A DNA stretch of 64,000 nucleotides from Histomonas meleagridis 2922-C6/04-290x (GCA_020184695.1 JAANOX010000011.1:620001-684000); one strand, 5' to 3'. Shown: positions 1 to 12,180, counted from the stretch's first letter. The notes: generated by a model from the sequence alone, not told the origin. Made by a program: numbers and translations.

Positions 1-5
1 TTTGT

Positions 6-3000
6 TTATATTGGTATATTTTGCGTTAATTGTTGAGTCAGAATTTGACCAATTTCATTTAATATGTTCTGAAGTTTCGAAATAGTTTCTATTGAACCAT
101 TAAACAAATTTAAAAGTTCCGTTGAAGATATTTCTGTGATAAAGTTGCAGACGTATTGATACATTTCTTTCATTAATTGTGGTGATTCCATTAAATGTTT
201 CAAAAGTTGAATATTATTCGGATAAAAAGGTTCTACAATCGTATGGAAAAGTTGCGTTTTATATTCTGGAAAATGTCGGATAATATAACCATAAATAATA
301 TGACTGACTTCAAATGTGATCGTAATAGGCAAAAAGTTCGAATACCATAAAATGATTTGTTCATTAGTAATATTTACAATTTCATCAATACGTGAAAATA
401 ATGCTAAAAGATATTCACGAATGATAATTTCTGTTTTATTCATTCCTTTTAAATTATTAATACGTTGAACAATAATTTGAAGGATTTCATTATTATGTTG
501 AAATCCATTCGGAAATGTTTCAATTAATTTCATTAAAAATGTTACATATGTTTGACAATATTTAATTTCATCACTCGAAATATTTCGTATTGAAATATGA
601 TAAAGTTCGTCAAGAAAAGGGGTTGGTAAATATTTAATAATATTCATACTAATATTAAAACAAATAATTTGTTCTGTTTCATATTTACTATGAATTAATT
701 CATAAAGTTTTGGGATGAAATGTTCAAAAAATGTTTCATTAATTTCAATACTTCGAAGAATATTATTAAGAATTTCATTAATTTCTTGATGAAATTTAAT
801 AATTAAATATTCATCAATAATATTATTTCGTTGTTGTTCTAATAAAAGAAATATTAATTCTAAAAATATTTCTCTTTATTATTAAATATAATTTTTCCCT
901 AAATATTGATATGAAACATTAAATGTTTTAATACTTGACGTTTCTAATAAAATATCTTCTGATTCTTCTAAAAAAATTTTAAATTACTTAATAACATATT
1001 AACATAAATATGTGTAAAATTTGGAATATTTAATCGAATAATTGAACAAAATAATTTATTAGATTCAATAAAAATATTATTAAAAATACTTTTATAACTT
1101 TTAAATAAACATGAAAAAACAATTATTATGTTTTCTTGTTTTAAAAAATATGGTGGATATTTTTTAATGATTATACTTAATAATTTAAGATCATTTTTAA
1201 TAATATAATCAATATAATTACAAATTTCATTAATATTTTCTTCATTTTGAAGTTTTAGAATTAATTCTTCGGTATAATCTTGTGAACAATTATGAAATAT
1301 TTTGGGTAAAATATTTGGTAATAATTCTTCTATTTCTGTAGGATAATATTTTATTAATTTAATAAAACCAAAAATTGAATCTTGTTCTAAAATAATATCT
1401 TCACTTAAATACCATTTAATTAATATATTCTTAATTTCATGTATTTTATCTTGAAATAATTCGTGACAATTTCGACTTAATGAACAAATAACTCGTAATG
1501 CATTACCACGTTGAATTTCATTATCTTTTTGTAAAAATTCATATGAAATTCGATAAATTTCTTCAAAATATTCACAAATTTTATTTCTTGATCGAATAGT
1601 AAGAATAGTTAAAATTAACCAACTATTAGTACAAATTTCAAGATCATTAATATATAAATTACAAATATTTATTAAGATTTCAAATATTGGATCAATATCT
1701 TCAATATCATAAAGAATATTCGGAATTAAGATTAAACCTTCTACAAAATGTTCTCGTTGAATCATGTCAATAATTTTTAATAATAATATTTTCTAATTTA
1801 GCATTCTTTTGTTCACTTAATGAAAAATAACATGTTTTAATAGTATGACATGAAAGACTTCGTATTAATTCATTATTAATATTAAAAGATGAAATACAAT
1901 AAAATAAAAGTCGTTCTTTTAAATCAATGATTAAATTAGAATGTGTTCGTAATGAAATTTGGATTAATAATATCCCAGTAAAATATGTAGATGGATTCGT
2001 AGGTTGAATTAATTTTTCAATTCGTTCTTCAATAACATCATGAAATATTATATTAGGAATTCGTTGTAAAATAGCTATCAAAATGAATTTAGTCGGAATA
2101 TATTCAATTTCTTTAATAATAAATTCATTAAATGATATAATAGTTAAATTTAGAATTAAATCTAATAAATTAATAAGAATTTCATTATTAAGTTCAATAT
2201 TAGTATTAAATAATGAATAACCTAATACTTCAATAACATTAATTTTTTTTTTTGTATAATATTATATTGTGATTGTAAATATAAAATACTCATTTCAAAT
2301 ATTCGGTCAAATAAAATTGGTTCAATATCATTTTCATATGTTTTAATTATAATATTACAAACTTTTTCTATTTCTTCTGTCGATCCTTGTTTTAATGTTT
2401 CTAAATATAAATTAGAAAATATTATTAATAAATTATTTAAAATGTTCCCTGGAAGTTCAATATGTAAAAAATTTAAATAATTAATTAATGATAAATAAAC
2501 TTGAAAATATTTATAAATAATATTAACATTTAAAGGTGTCCCTAAACAAAAAATTAAAATATTGATTAATTTTTCAATATTACCTTCAATATCTTTTGTA
2601 ATAGGTATAATAGTAATTAATATAGTAATACATTTATCAATTTGATTGTTTTGGATTAATAAATTTATAAAATTTTCGATAAATTCATATTTACCTCCAC
2701 AAATTTCATACATCTTTTCTAATGGTAAAAGAAGTGTATTAATAATCTCTGAATTACCTTCTAAATAAATAATATTTAAAATTCGTAAAAAAATTATGGT
2801 TAAATCTTCTTGACAAATTTTTTCTGAACAATGTGAAATACATCGTTTAAGTCCAATCGCTGTACTCTTCTTTAAAAAAATGGATTCATTCTTCGAATAA
2901 ATATTAAATAAAACTGGAATTGAACTTGGGTTTTCATATAAAATTTGAAGTTCTCGTGTACTTTGCATAGGATCAATTTGGAATGGATTATTCAAATTCA

Positions 3001-3037
3001 TAAAACATGTAATAATTCTGTTTTCGATTTCATCCAT
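6..3037 (-). pseudogene. Importin-beta/karyopherin-like HEAT-repeat gene, broken into at least 4 ORF pieces (2222-3037, 1767-2081, 968-1765, 6-647); runs to the window edge
   Basis: The N-terminus (…QSTRELQILYENPSSIPVLFNIYSKNESIFLKKSTAIGLKRCI…) resembles the importin-beta N-terminal domain and is followed by Leu/Ile-rich helical repeats. Collinear same-strand ORFs are separated by frameshifts, two of them at homopolymers (T11 near 2243-2253, A7 near 970-976). Could be assembly error rather than true decay. Confidence 0.55.
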
Positions 3038-3359
3038 TCCAAAATTTAAGGAAAAAAAAATGTGATATAAATTATTAACGTTCTCTATAAGCATTTTTTA
3101 ACGTTCTTTTTTTTATAATTTTAATCTATTTCATTATGTTAACATTCATTTTGTTGTTATCATTAATCTATCTAAATATAAAAGACAAATAAGAAATTTA
3201 ACTAAATGAAATTATTAATTCATCATTGTTAAAGAATTCTAATTTTAAATATCATTATATGTTGCCATTCTTAATAAAAACAAAAAAAATAAGATTAACG
3301 TTCCACGTTCAAAAATTTGAATCAATGAAATAAAAGTGCCATTGGAGTACCCCATCTAA

Positions 3360-5559
3360 ATGTCATCTTCCACAGATTTTTGTAGTACGAGAGATTGATA
3401 AATTATTATCACGACCTCATCAAGAAGATGACAAGATGAAGAGTAGTAGTAATTTATTTTTTCAATTTCGTCATGTTTATTCTACTTTAATTGACTCACA
3501 AAAAGAGTTATTAGAACAACGTGAAAGAAGTATTGCGCAACTTAAACAATCTACCAAAGAAGTTAAATCACTTAAAATTAAATTTTGCACAGATTTACGT
3601 TTAATTGACGAAGAACTTAGTGAAGTTCATTCACAGTCAAAAGATTTATCAGAAAGTTGTTCCAAACTTTCAGTCGATTTTACACAAATTACAGATCGTT
3701 TAGATGTAGCCACATCATTAGTTCGTAAAGCAGACACTATTTCAACGTATATACAAAACATACAAATTTTTGGGTCAGACAGTGATTTAGATTCAGTTTT
3801 AACCAAATTAAAGAACACCACATTTCCATTAAATGATCAATTTAAGACTGCCGAATATTTATCCAAACTTATTAAAATCATTGATATTTCAGAGAAGAAG
3901 GCGAACATTGAGTGCGCGCGCATAAATTTAGAGTCATATCGCACGCGTTTATCACAAGAATTATTGCGAACATTCAAAGACAAACTTACGAGTGCGCACA
4001 GCACGCCAGAAGAATTGCATAACTATGCGCGCTCACTTTCGTATCTTCAACTTGGGCATGAAACCATTCGTGCGTACATTGATATGTCACCAGTTTTTAC
4101 AGAAGAGCGATGTATTAATTTACATTTTAATGAAGAAATATTAAAACATTCATTTAATGAAATTTATGACCATTATGATAAATTTTGTGGATCAATTTCA
4201 GATGAATGCACTAAAGTATGGAACAAAATTGATATTATCTTTGACCCGACGCAACAAGTTAAACTTAAGTTACTTCAATCTATTTTCGATCGGCTTTTAA
4301 GTACATTTGTATCAGAAGTATTATCATTTTATGCACATAATAAGCCATTAGACTTTTGTTTAATGCTTGAGAAATTTTATCGACGCACCACAGTTATGTT
4401 AGAAAGTATATTTCGCTTAGACAGTCAACAATATGCGACATTAAATTTAATGGATCGAGTTTTTCGTGAATATCAATCAGAGTACAGTATTCAAGAACGA
4501 TTTGTATTAAATGATTCCATGAAACAATTAATTCGCGGGCCGATTTCATTATTAGATAAATTCGAAAGTCAAAAATTTACTTACGCGAATCTTACAGAAG
4601 AATGAAGAAAGCATTGATCCATTTAAAATATTTGATGAAACGATTTGTTCGCAAATATTATCCATCGCGAGCAGCACATGGGAACGATGCGCATTATTAT
4701 CATTACCTGAGAACATTGAAGAAGACTTACAAAACATTATGGAGTGTTTCTTAAATAACACATTTTATGTATATAACATTCGATTTATTAAATGTTGTTC
4801 GCAATATTTAAGTATTTCAGAAGATTGTAATTACGTTGGAATGTTTCTTAAAATGCTTTTGATGGTTAATTCATCGATATTAACACTTGATGACAAATAC
4901 ACTAAATCACTTAAAGGTATTTTGTTTCATCATTCGATAGCGCATTCTAAATTTAATGTTTCACGTAAAGAATTTATTCGTAAACTTGAAATGGAAATTA
5001 GCGAAGGATTAAGTAATTGCGTCGAAGTCATAGCGATTAATGCGAAAAATATATTACTGAACTTACAAAAGAAAATCGACTTTTTTTACCAGCGAAAGAG
5101 ATCGAACCACTTCGCACGAATGCATGCCAATCATTTGTCGAATTCCTTCGTAATTTAATTAATGAAACGCGCTCGAACATTGCAGGCGAAAACAAAATTA
5201 GTTTCTACACAGCAGTCGGACGTCGTTTAATTAATGTAATTCGAGAACATCTTTTGCAGTTTAAATATAATTCATTTGGTATATTGATATTAAATATCGA
5301 TACGAATGAATATAAAAATGTTTTCGAATTGTTCCAAATCAAAGAATTAAATGAAGAAATTGAAGCGATTCATTCGTGCACAAGTTTGATGATGATGGAC
5401 ATCAATGGAATGCTGCGGACAGACAATGATAAAGACAAAGCGGAACTAAAGAATATTATCCCGAAGGAATATGCCGATTTCGCAAAGAAGTTATTATCTA
5501 TGAATGTTGATATGAAATCTTCTGACATAGACGCGTTCTTCAAAAAGTTTATTAAATAA
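3360..5559 (+). CDS. SEC10: Exocyst component Sec10/EXOC5-like, with 3 apparent single frameshifts
   Basis: ATG at 3360 (MSSSTDF) joins the 3436 ORF by removing one T. A frame change near 4560-4600 and one at the T7 run 5081-5087 restore QKKIDF-LP…TNACQSFVEFL…GENKISFYTAVGRRL…EHLLQFKYNSFG…IDTNEY, which is typical of the Sec10 C-terminal region. Confidence 0.7.
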
Positions 5560-5840
5560 ATAATATTTATCTTTGTTATATAAATTAATAAAATTTAAAT
5601 TTAAAATAAAATATTATTTAAAACGCTGAATGTGAATTATATTTGTAAAATGTTTGGAATGTTTTGTTTTGCTATTAAAATAATATGTTAGATATTATGT
5701 ATTAGAAAAAATTCATCATTATAATTTAAAATACATTTTGGGGTGTAAAAAGACTAATCGAAGTAAATCAATTTTTAGGTAAAAAATACGTTAAAACAGC
5801 ACTTTTTGTATATCTAAAGCGCTATTTTTAGATATAATAA

Positions 5841-6680
5841 ATGGATGAAGAAAATCGTTTTTCTCAGATTCTTGAAGAAAAACATAAACAACAAATGGAT
5901 GAGTTGAGAAAAAGCTGGAAAGAACATTTAGCAGTTTTCAATAGATCAAAAGAAATAGTAAATGTTCAATATGATTCTTTGCTTGCACGCCTTGATAATA
6001 TCATCAGTTCCATTGAACCAAAAATATTGATTTCCAAACAATTAATCAACAATCATAAAACAGAAATAGATTCAATTCATAGGTCAATTTTACGAGCTCA
6101 ATCAGTGCAAGAGCAACAAGCCAACGACGAAAACTCCGAAAAAGAAACTGAAATCACACTTAAGCACCAATTAGAAGTTCTCAAACAAAAGATTGATAAT
6201 TCACAAAAAGAAATTCGTCTTAACACAGAAAAGTCAAACCGTTATAAGCAGCTTTATCTTGCAGCAGTAGGAAAACAGCGTAATATCCGTGAACGCAAAA
6301 AGGATCTAAATCGTCTCAACGAGGTGAGAACTGATTTCAAACGTTACTTTGCTGATTTTCTTTGCTGTATTAATGACGAACAAAAGAACCTCGATAAAGA
6401 CATCGAAACTTTGCGTAAAATGAGAGAAGATGTACAAAATATTAAAACTGCAAAAGAAAACGAAGAACACATCGATTCATCAGATGACATCGGACCGGTG
6501 AATGTCAGTAATAATACAAATGAAGTTGTGTTTTATGGACGAAACGAAATTGGAGGAAAAAATAGAAAAATTCAAATGCTAGAAGAAAACATTCAAACAC
6601 TACTGTCTACAGGAAATTATAATGAGAACGATCCGATAATCAAAAATTTGAAAAAGAAAATTGAAGAATTGATGCAATAA
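5841..6680 (+). CDS. Hypothetical coiled-coil protein (279 aa)
   Basis: Intact ORF, E/K/Q-rich with a heptad pattern. Confidence 0.75.
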   Translation: MDEENRFSQILEEKHKQQMDELRKSWKEHLAVFNRSKEIVNVQYDSLLARLDNIISSIEPKILISKQLINNHKTEIDSIHRSILRAQSVQEQQANDENSEKETEITLKHQLEVLKQKIDNSQKEIRLNTEKSNRYKQLYLAAVGKQRNIRERKKDLNRLNEVRTDFKRYFADFLCCINDEQKNLDKDIETLRKMREDVQNIKTAKENEEHIDSSDDIGPVNVSNNTNEVVFYGRNEIGGKNRKIQMLEENIQTLLSTGNYNENDPIIKNLKKKIEELMQ

Positions 6681-6977
6681 TTTCATTATTTTTTGTATGT
6701 AAACATGTTTTGTATTTTATGTATTTAATAAGTGGCTACGAAAGGATTAAAAAATAAACAATAACTTTAAATAATAAGATTATGAAATTAATCGCGATAA
6801 GAAATTATTTTGTTCTTTAGTAAAAAATAAAATTTGATATAAAATGTTGCAAGCGATCATTCACATTGTTTCGTTTCTTTGAAATTGATACTTATGGAAT
6901 AATGTGCTCATTTTTGTTTTCCTTCAAGAATTGTTAGCTTTATTTTTTGGGGCAGTTCAATTTGCTTGACCAACAGC

Positions 6978-8303
6978 ATGATTGACGAAACTGGGATGGA
7001 CGAAGCTCTTTCTGCACTAATAGATTTAACAATAATTGCAAAAGAAATCCCAGAATCATTTGAATTTCGATTTAATATGCTAAATCCAGCATTTCAAGAA
7101 AAAGCAGACATTAACGTACAAAAAACAGTTTCACTTTGTTCCAAACTTTCGTCTTTTGTTCTTGGAGAAGATATTCCAGAAAACGAAGATACAATTCTTT
7201 TTGATCTTGATAGAGCGGTTGTTAACTTATTAAACTCAAGAGAAATGCTTTACCTTGACAAGCCGCCTAAGCCTAGGCAAGTTGAAATTCCTGTTGAAAG
7301 CAAAGTTATTAATGGCATTCAATTCATTTATTCCAAACAAATTCCGAAACCATCCAAACGAGTTTGCACGATTGAACCACCACCAGCTGTTCCACAGTTA
7401 ACCAGTGCTCCAGAATTTCCAATTCAAAACCCTCCACCTTTTTCATCATCTTCATTCAAAATAATCGCAGACCCAAACAGTCTTACCGAAATGTGTGTAT
7501 TTCTTTCCCAAAATTATGGTGGACCTCTTTTTGTTTCATTTCTATCACATCGAGTTCGCACATATCGACCATTTCCATGCGTTGCACTTCTTCTCACCAT
7601 TAACTACGAATTATTTATCATTGATCTTATCAAAATCAATGATCTTTCTGACCTTCGAACATTATTATACTCGGAGATTCCCAAAATTATGTATAATAAT
7701 CGATTTGATCTTCAGATCCTTGCAGAAACTCATGGTTTTTATCTATCTAATTTAACAACTATTGGATCAAACGATGTTCCAATTGAAGAAGTTCTTTCCA
7801 AATATTCACTTTCTAAATGTGTTGTTGATTGGCGAATTCGTCCACTAACAACAGAACTTATTCAAATTGCATCTAATTCAATTTGGTATCTTCCATTACT
7901 ATATAAAGATGCGTTAGAAGGTTCATTAGAAATAACTTTAAATAATTATTTTGAAATGCCTTTAGTACCATATACATTTACTGATGATGAAGCAAATGCT
8001 TTATTACAATATGTTGCTTCGAAATCAGAAAATTTAGATGAGAAACAAATGAAAATTTTGTTCGAATTAATAAAATGGAGAAATTCAGTGGCAGAAATTG
8101 AAGACGAAGCACCAAACTTCATTGTAAAGGATAATGCTTTGTTAAAGATTGTATTGGCACAGACTTCGAATGATGCGCAACTGTTGGAATGTATTGGCGA
8201 TGATATGACGCCTTATTTAATGACTTATTTGTCCGATATAATTTTGATGATAAAGGCAAATACTGAAGATGTGTCAGCAATCAACTCCATTTTGGAAATG
8301 TAA
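6978..8303 (+). CDS. RRP6: Rrp6/EXOSC10-like protein (PMC2NT-like N-terminus, degenerate DEDDy exonuclease domain, HRDC domain)
   Basis: DWRIRPL motif and HRDC signature (LFELIKWRNSVAEIEDEAPNFIVKDNALLKI). The first ATG is 6978; the ORF track starts at TTG 6966. Confidence 0.75.
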   Translation: MIDETGMDEALSALIDLTIIAKEIPESFEFRFNMLNPAFQEKADINVQKTVSLCSKLSSFVLGEDIPENEDTILFDLDRAVVNLLNSREMLYLDKPPKPRQVEIPVESKVINGIQFIYSKQIPKPSKRVCTIEPPPAVPQLTSAPEFPIQNPPPFSSSSFKIIADPNSLTEMCVFLSQNYGGPLFVSFLSHRVRTYRPFPCVALLLTINYELFIIDLIKINDLSDLRTLLYSEIPKIMYNNRFDLQILAETHGFYLSNLTTIGSNDVPIEEVLSKYSLSKCVVDWRIRPLTTELIQIASNSIWYLPLLYKDALEGSLEITLNNYFEMPLVPYTFTDDEANALLQYVASKSENLDEKQMKILFELIKWRNSVAEIEDEAPNFIVKDNALLKIVLAQTSNDAQLLECIGDDMTPYLMTYLSDIILMIKANTEDVSAINSILEM

Positions 8304-8472
8304 ATAAAAAATTTTATGTAAATAGAAATAAATATCCATTTCTTATTTTACAAAAATGAAACAATGTGCAACAAAAAATTAATTAAAGTAATTGGCAAAA
8401 AAACGTTTTTCAATGTTTTACATCATTTCACCATCTAAACATTTGAATTGTTATTTGGTCAAATAGGGGAAA

Positions 8473-8721
8473 ATGTGTGAAAAAGAAGACTCAGAACCTA
8501 TAATAACAGAAGAAGCAAAGAAAATGCTTATAGAGTGGTACAAAGAAGTAAGAGCTCTTACTTTGGGCGTTGCTACGATGAGAGAATTAAGTTTATGTAA
8601 AGATATTGCAGTTACCAATGCAAAAAACAGGCACGCAAATAAAGTTGGCGAGATTGATGTCAAAGAAGCAATAAAAATAATGAATGAACAACTGCAAATT
8701 GAAGAAGTAGAATTTCAATAA
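8473..8721 (+). CDS. Small protein resembling an isolated MCM-type AAA+ lid domain
   Basis: PIITEEAKKMLIEWYKEVR…ATMRELSLCKDIAVTNAKNRHANKVGEIDVKEAIKIM matches the MCM lid pattern (P.l.eeA...l...Y...R…T.R.L......a.A.Ak.r....V...Dv.eAi.l). There is an in-frame TAG at 8464-8466 upstream. Confidence 0.55.
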   Translation: MCEKEDSEPIITEEAKKMLIEWYKEVRALTLGVATMRELSLCKDIAVTNAKNRHANKVGEIDVKEAIKIMNEQLQIEEVEFQ

Positions 8722-9043
8722 TTGAAAAAGAACTTGGTTAAACATAACAGCCCTACGTTTTTGAAACAAATTAACCTAAGAAACTATACATGAATGATAA
8801 TTTTATTTGTTAAAATTTTAGGCTTTTTATATTTAAATACTGAATTTATTGAAAATTAAAGTATTTGCTTGACTTGCTTATTTATTCTGAACAAAAACTT
8901 GCATTCTAAAGTAAGGAATATATATATTTAAAGATATTTCAAAAATGATTAAGATTTGTTATTTTGTTGGCAATAAAATTCATAAAGCATTTAAAAAGTT
9001 CGATATTTGACTAAGGCTTTCCTCTCAAACATCTTGGGCACAG

Positions 9044-10255
9044 ATGAACCCAAACGAGCCCCAAATTTCTACCTCATCTGCGTTACCGCCCAATAAGGAA
9101 GGGCTTGAACCTAATTGCCAAGTTCCAACACAATGGAATCACCCAAATTCAAGATTTACTGTGATAAATATATCGTCCAAAAGAAAATCAAACCAAAAAA
9201 AGAAAGGGACTGCGTTTTTCACACCAAAAAGCGATAGTAGGAAAACTCATTCAAAGTGGTTCAAAGAAGCTACTGTTGAATCAATTGAGGCTCATCATCT
9301 CCAACGCGCTATGTCTATGGATATATTACAAATCCAATTTCTATGCCAGTTGTTCAATGTTTTCCCACAAGATCATGCAAATTTCCAAAATTTTCTTTTG
9401 TCAATTAAAGCAACAGATCATGAACTTGCCAATTCCGTTCATCAAGCCATGAAAATAATAGACAACTGTCACGACGCCAATAGCTTCCCATCAGTTGAAC
9501 AAGTTCGCCTTCAGATTCAACGAGCAAACTCATCTCCTCAGACGCCCACTACTTCGCCTATCCAACCATATTTTGAAAGTGATTTTCGGTATAATTCTAT
9601 TGAAATTCTCAGTGCAATTGTTGTCAAAGGTGCAATTGACAACACAATCACAATTCCTAATGATCTTGAGCCCTTTGGAAGAATCATTATCCAATGCATT
9701 CCGAACCAAATCCAGCCATTAGCCTGGCCCCAAAGCATAAAGATAATCATTAATGGAACGATTTTGCTGTCAAACATAAACGTTCGCAGTGATTTCATCG
9801 ACATTACACAATTCAATGCAAAAACCGTCCGTATCGTCTGTGAAGTTCGAGCTGCAGGTCTTTACTTATACATAAAAAAATCAAAATATGAATCATACGA
9901 CCAGATTGTTGACCGCATTATCCAAACATCGGCAATACCAAATGAAAACTTGAACAAAGATGAAATTTGCATATTTGATCCACTCTCAGGACAAGTTATG
10001 CAACATCCAGGAAGAGGTATCCGATGTATGCATAAGCAATGCTTTGATTTAAAACAGTATTTGATAAAAACAAATCTAACAAAAAATCCGATGTGTCCAA
10101 TTTGCATGGGAAAAGTTCCACTAAACGAGTTGGCACATTCGAGGGAAACAGAAGCATACATCTCGCAGATGCTACAGAAAAACATATTCAGTTTCGATGC
10201 GTCAGAGGAACATTTCTCAGACGAGTTTGATGGAAACTTGTACGATTTAGAGTAA
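9044..10255 (+). CDS. MIZ/SP-RING zinc-finger protein (PIAS/Siz-like putative SUMO E3)
   Basis: DPLSGQVMQHPGRGIRCMHKQCFDL…CPIC is the SP-RING signature, with the first Cys replaced by Asp. Confidence 0.8.
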   Translation: MNPNEPQISTSSALPPNKEGLEPNCQVPTQWNHPNSRFTVINISSKRKSNQKKKGTAFFTPKSDSRKTHSKWFKEATVESIEAHHLQRAMSMDILQIQFLCQLFNVFPQDHANFQNFLLSIKATDHELANSVHQAMKIIDNCHDANSFPSVEQVRLQIQRANSSPQTPTTSPIQPYFESDFRYNSIEILSAIVVKGAIDNTITIPNDLEPFGRIIIQCIPNQIQPLAWPQSIKIIINGTILLSNINVRSDFIDITQFNAKTVRIVCEVRAAGLYLYIKKSKYESYDQIVDRIIQTSAIPNENLNKDEICIFDPLSGQVMQHPGRGIRCMHKQCFDLKQYLIKTNLTKNPMCPICMGKVPLNELAHSRETEAYISQMLQKNIFSFDASEEHFSDEFDGNLYDLE

Positions 10256-10487
10256 ATTTGTGTGAATGAGAATTTTGTTTTTACTACATTGTGTGAAATT
10301 GTATCAACAATTTGTTATTGTATAAAAAAAATTAAATCTATTTCTATTAAATAATTTTTAGTTTCGAGGCTTGAAGGCCTTTGGTAAGCACCTTCTTCAA
10401 ATCTCAAGTTCTTGTTACCTAAGGTAAATTAAGAAGATAGAGAAGATGGTTGAAAACCGTTTATTCACGACCGTTAATCATCTGACA

Positions 10488-11492
10488 ATGTTGATTAGTC
10501 TTTTCCTTTTTTTATCCCTCTCAAAGAAATTCGAGGTTCCCTTAAAAGAAACTTCGATGTGTAAGGATGCAGATCTTTTATACCCAAAACACCAATTTGA
10601 CTACAATAAATATCCAGAACCTTTTCGCAAATTTGAATTAGAAGATGATGGCTATGCCGGAAAGGGACATTTTTCATTTGTCAGAAAATGCAAGCTTAAG
10701 GATGGACGCCAAGTCGCCATTAAAGAGTTCAAAATATTTAACAAGAAAAATCTCATTCGTGAACTTCAAGTTCTTAAAGCCATAGAAAACGTTCCAAATA
10801 CACTCAAGCTCGTAGGGCTTACAGGAGATGAAAAACTTCCCTCAGTTATATATAGTTATCATACATCCACAAAAAATGCATATGAAAATATCACAGAAGC
10901 AAACTTCAAGTGGTGGCTTCATGAGCTCCTTGTTACACTTGCTGGTATTCATGAGCGTGGAGTTTTACATCGAGATGTCAAGCTTGGTAATATTCTTGTT
11001 GACTTTGAAAGACACCAACTTACCCTTATTGACTTTGGTCTTGCAGAATTCAACCGTCATTCTGAGCCCCGCAATCCCAAACCTGGTTGCATTCGTCTTA
11101 AATCACCAGAAATCACTGTTGGTTATCCATACTTTGACTGTTCTTCTGATGTTTGGGCCGCAGGGATTGCCTGCCTTGATATTATGTTTGGTTTAGGCTC
11201 ATATTGGGAAGGGAATTCCAAAGACAAAATCATGCAACTTATTATTCGTACATTTGGCAGCAAAAGCTGGAACAATTTTGCTTCTGTTTATAATGACGAA
11301 TTTGTTGTTGCGTCTGATACCACTGGTGACATTTTTGAGTTCATCGTTCCCGGAAACGAACGTTTAATAAATCCGTTAATTCTTGACTTGGTTCAAAAGA
11401 TGCTAAATCTAGATCCAAGCAAACGGATAACTGCAGCGGAAGCATTACATCACCCATACTTTAAGGATTTTAACGAAACTATTTTTACTTAA
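10488..11492 (+). CDS. CMGC/CK2-alpha-like protein kinase with a hydrophobic N-terminus
   Basis: Motifs: GKGHFSFV, VAIK, HRDVKLGN, DFGLAE, SSDVWAAG, KRITAAEALHHPYF. Likely start is ATG 10488 (MLISLFLFLSLS), which has a TCAT initiator-like motif just upstream; the ORF track starts at 10446. Confidence 0.85.
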   Translation: MLISLFLFLSLSKKFEVPLKETSMCKDADLLYPKHQFDYNKYPEPFRKFELEDDGYAGKGHFSFVRKCKLKDGRQVAIKEFKIFNKKNLIRELQVLKAIENVPNTLKLVGLTGDEKLPSVIYSYHTSTKNAYENITEANFKWWLHELLVTLAGIHERGVLHRDVKLGNILVDFERHQLTLIDFGLAEFNRHSEPRNPKPGCIRLKSPEITVGYPYFDCSSDVWAAGIACLDIMFGLGSYWEGNSKDKIMQLIIRTFGSKSWNNFASVYNDEFVVASDTTGDIFEFIVPGNERLINPLILDLVQKMLNLDPSKRITAAEALHHPYFKDFNETIFT

Positions 11493-11499
11493 AAATTGT

Positions 11500-12180
11500 T
11501 TATTCAACTAATAAAATTGGATATTTACCTTTCGGATATAACATTTCACACTCATTTAGAAAATATCCCCATTCTAAATCAGAAGTGATCTGTATAGTGT
11601 CATTCTCGAGATCAATAACACTAAGGCGTTTATGATTTGGAGCAAATTTGTTGAAATAATCAAGTGCTGCTTCATATGTAATGCCTTTTGGGAGAGATGT
11701 GAACATTGCATAGTCTCGTGTGTATGGTGCAAGTTTGAATTGGAATGTATCATCTGATTTTTGGATTTCTTCAATCAAATTGAGTTTTGTAAATCCACTA
11801 AGTTCTGCATTTTTAAGAATGAGAAAATTGATTGACCCAAGGTTACTGCCAAAATACTCTCTGAAGCAACACATGACATCTCGATCATTTCTAATCCAAA
11901 TTTTGAACCGTGATTTATCTTCGTATCCAAAAACTGCTGTTTTACCTTCTTTTTCAGCAACCTGCTTGAACAGTTCTTCATAACAACAGTTACATGAAAT
12001 ATGACGTTCATATCTTGAAACGCCAATATTAAATTTTACATCTTGTCTAAAAACAACATCATTGTGACCAGTTTTCTGAGATGGCGATAATGCATCTAAT
12101 TGCACTTGAAGCTTTTTACTTTTGCTTTCTTCTTCATTTATTAGCGAATCGACGTAAGAAAGAATTTCGTTGTTATTCAT
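11500..12180 (-). CDS. Tandem PB1-domain-like protein
   Basis: Two OPCA-like motifs (YEDKSRFKIWIRNDRDV; IDLENDTIQITSDLEW). First ATG is 12180. Confidence 0.55.
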   Translation of the reverse strand: MNNNEILSYVDSLINEEESKSKKLQVQLDALSPSQKTGHNDVVFRQDVKFNIGVSRYERHISCNCCYEELFKQVAEKEGKTAVFGYEDKSRFKIWIRNDRDVMCCFREYFGSNLGSINFLILKNAELSGFTKLNLIEEIQKSDDTFQFKLAPYTRDYAMFTSLPKGITYEAALDYFNKFAPNHKRLSVIDLENDTIQITSDLEWGYFLNECEMLYPKGKYPILLVE

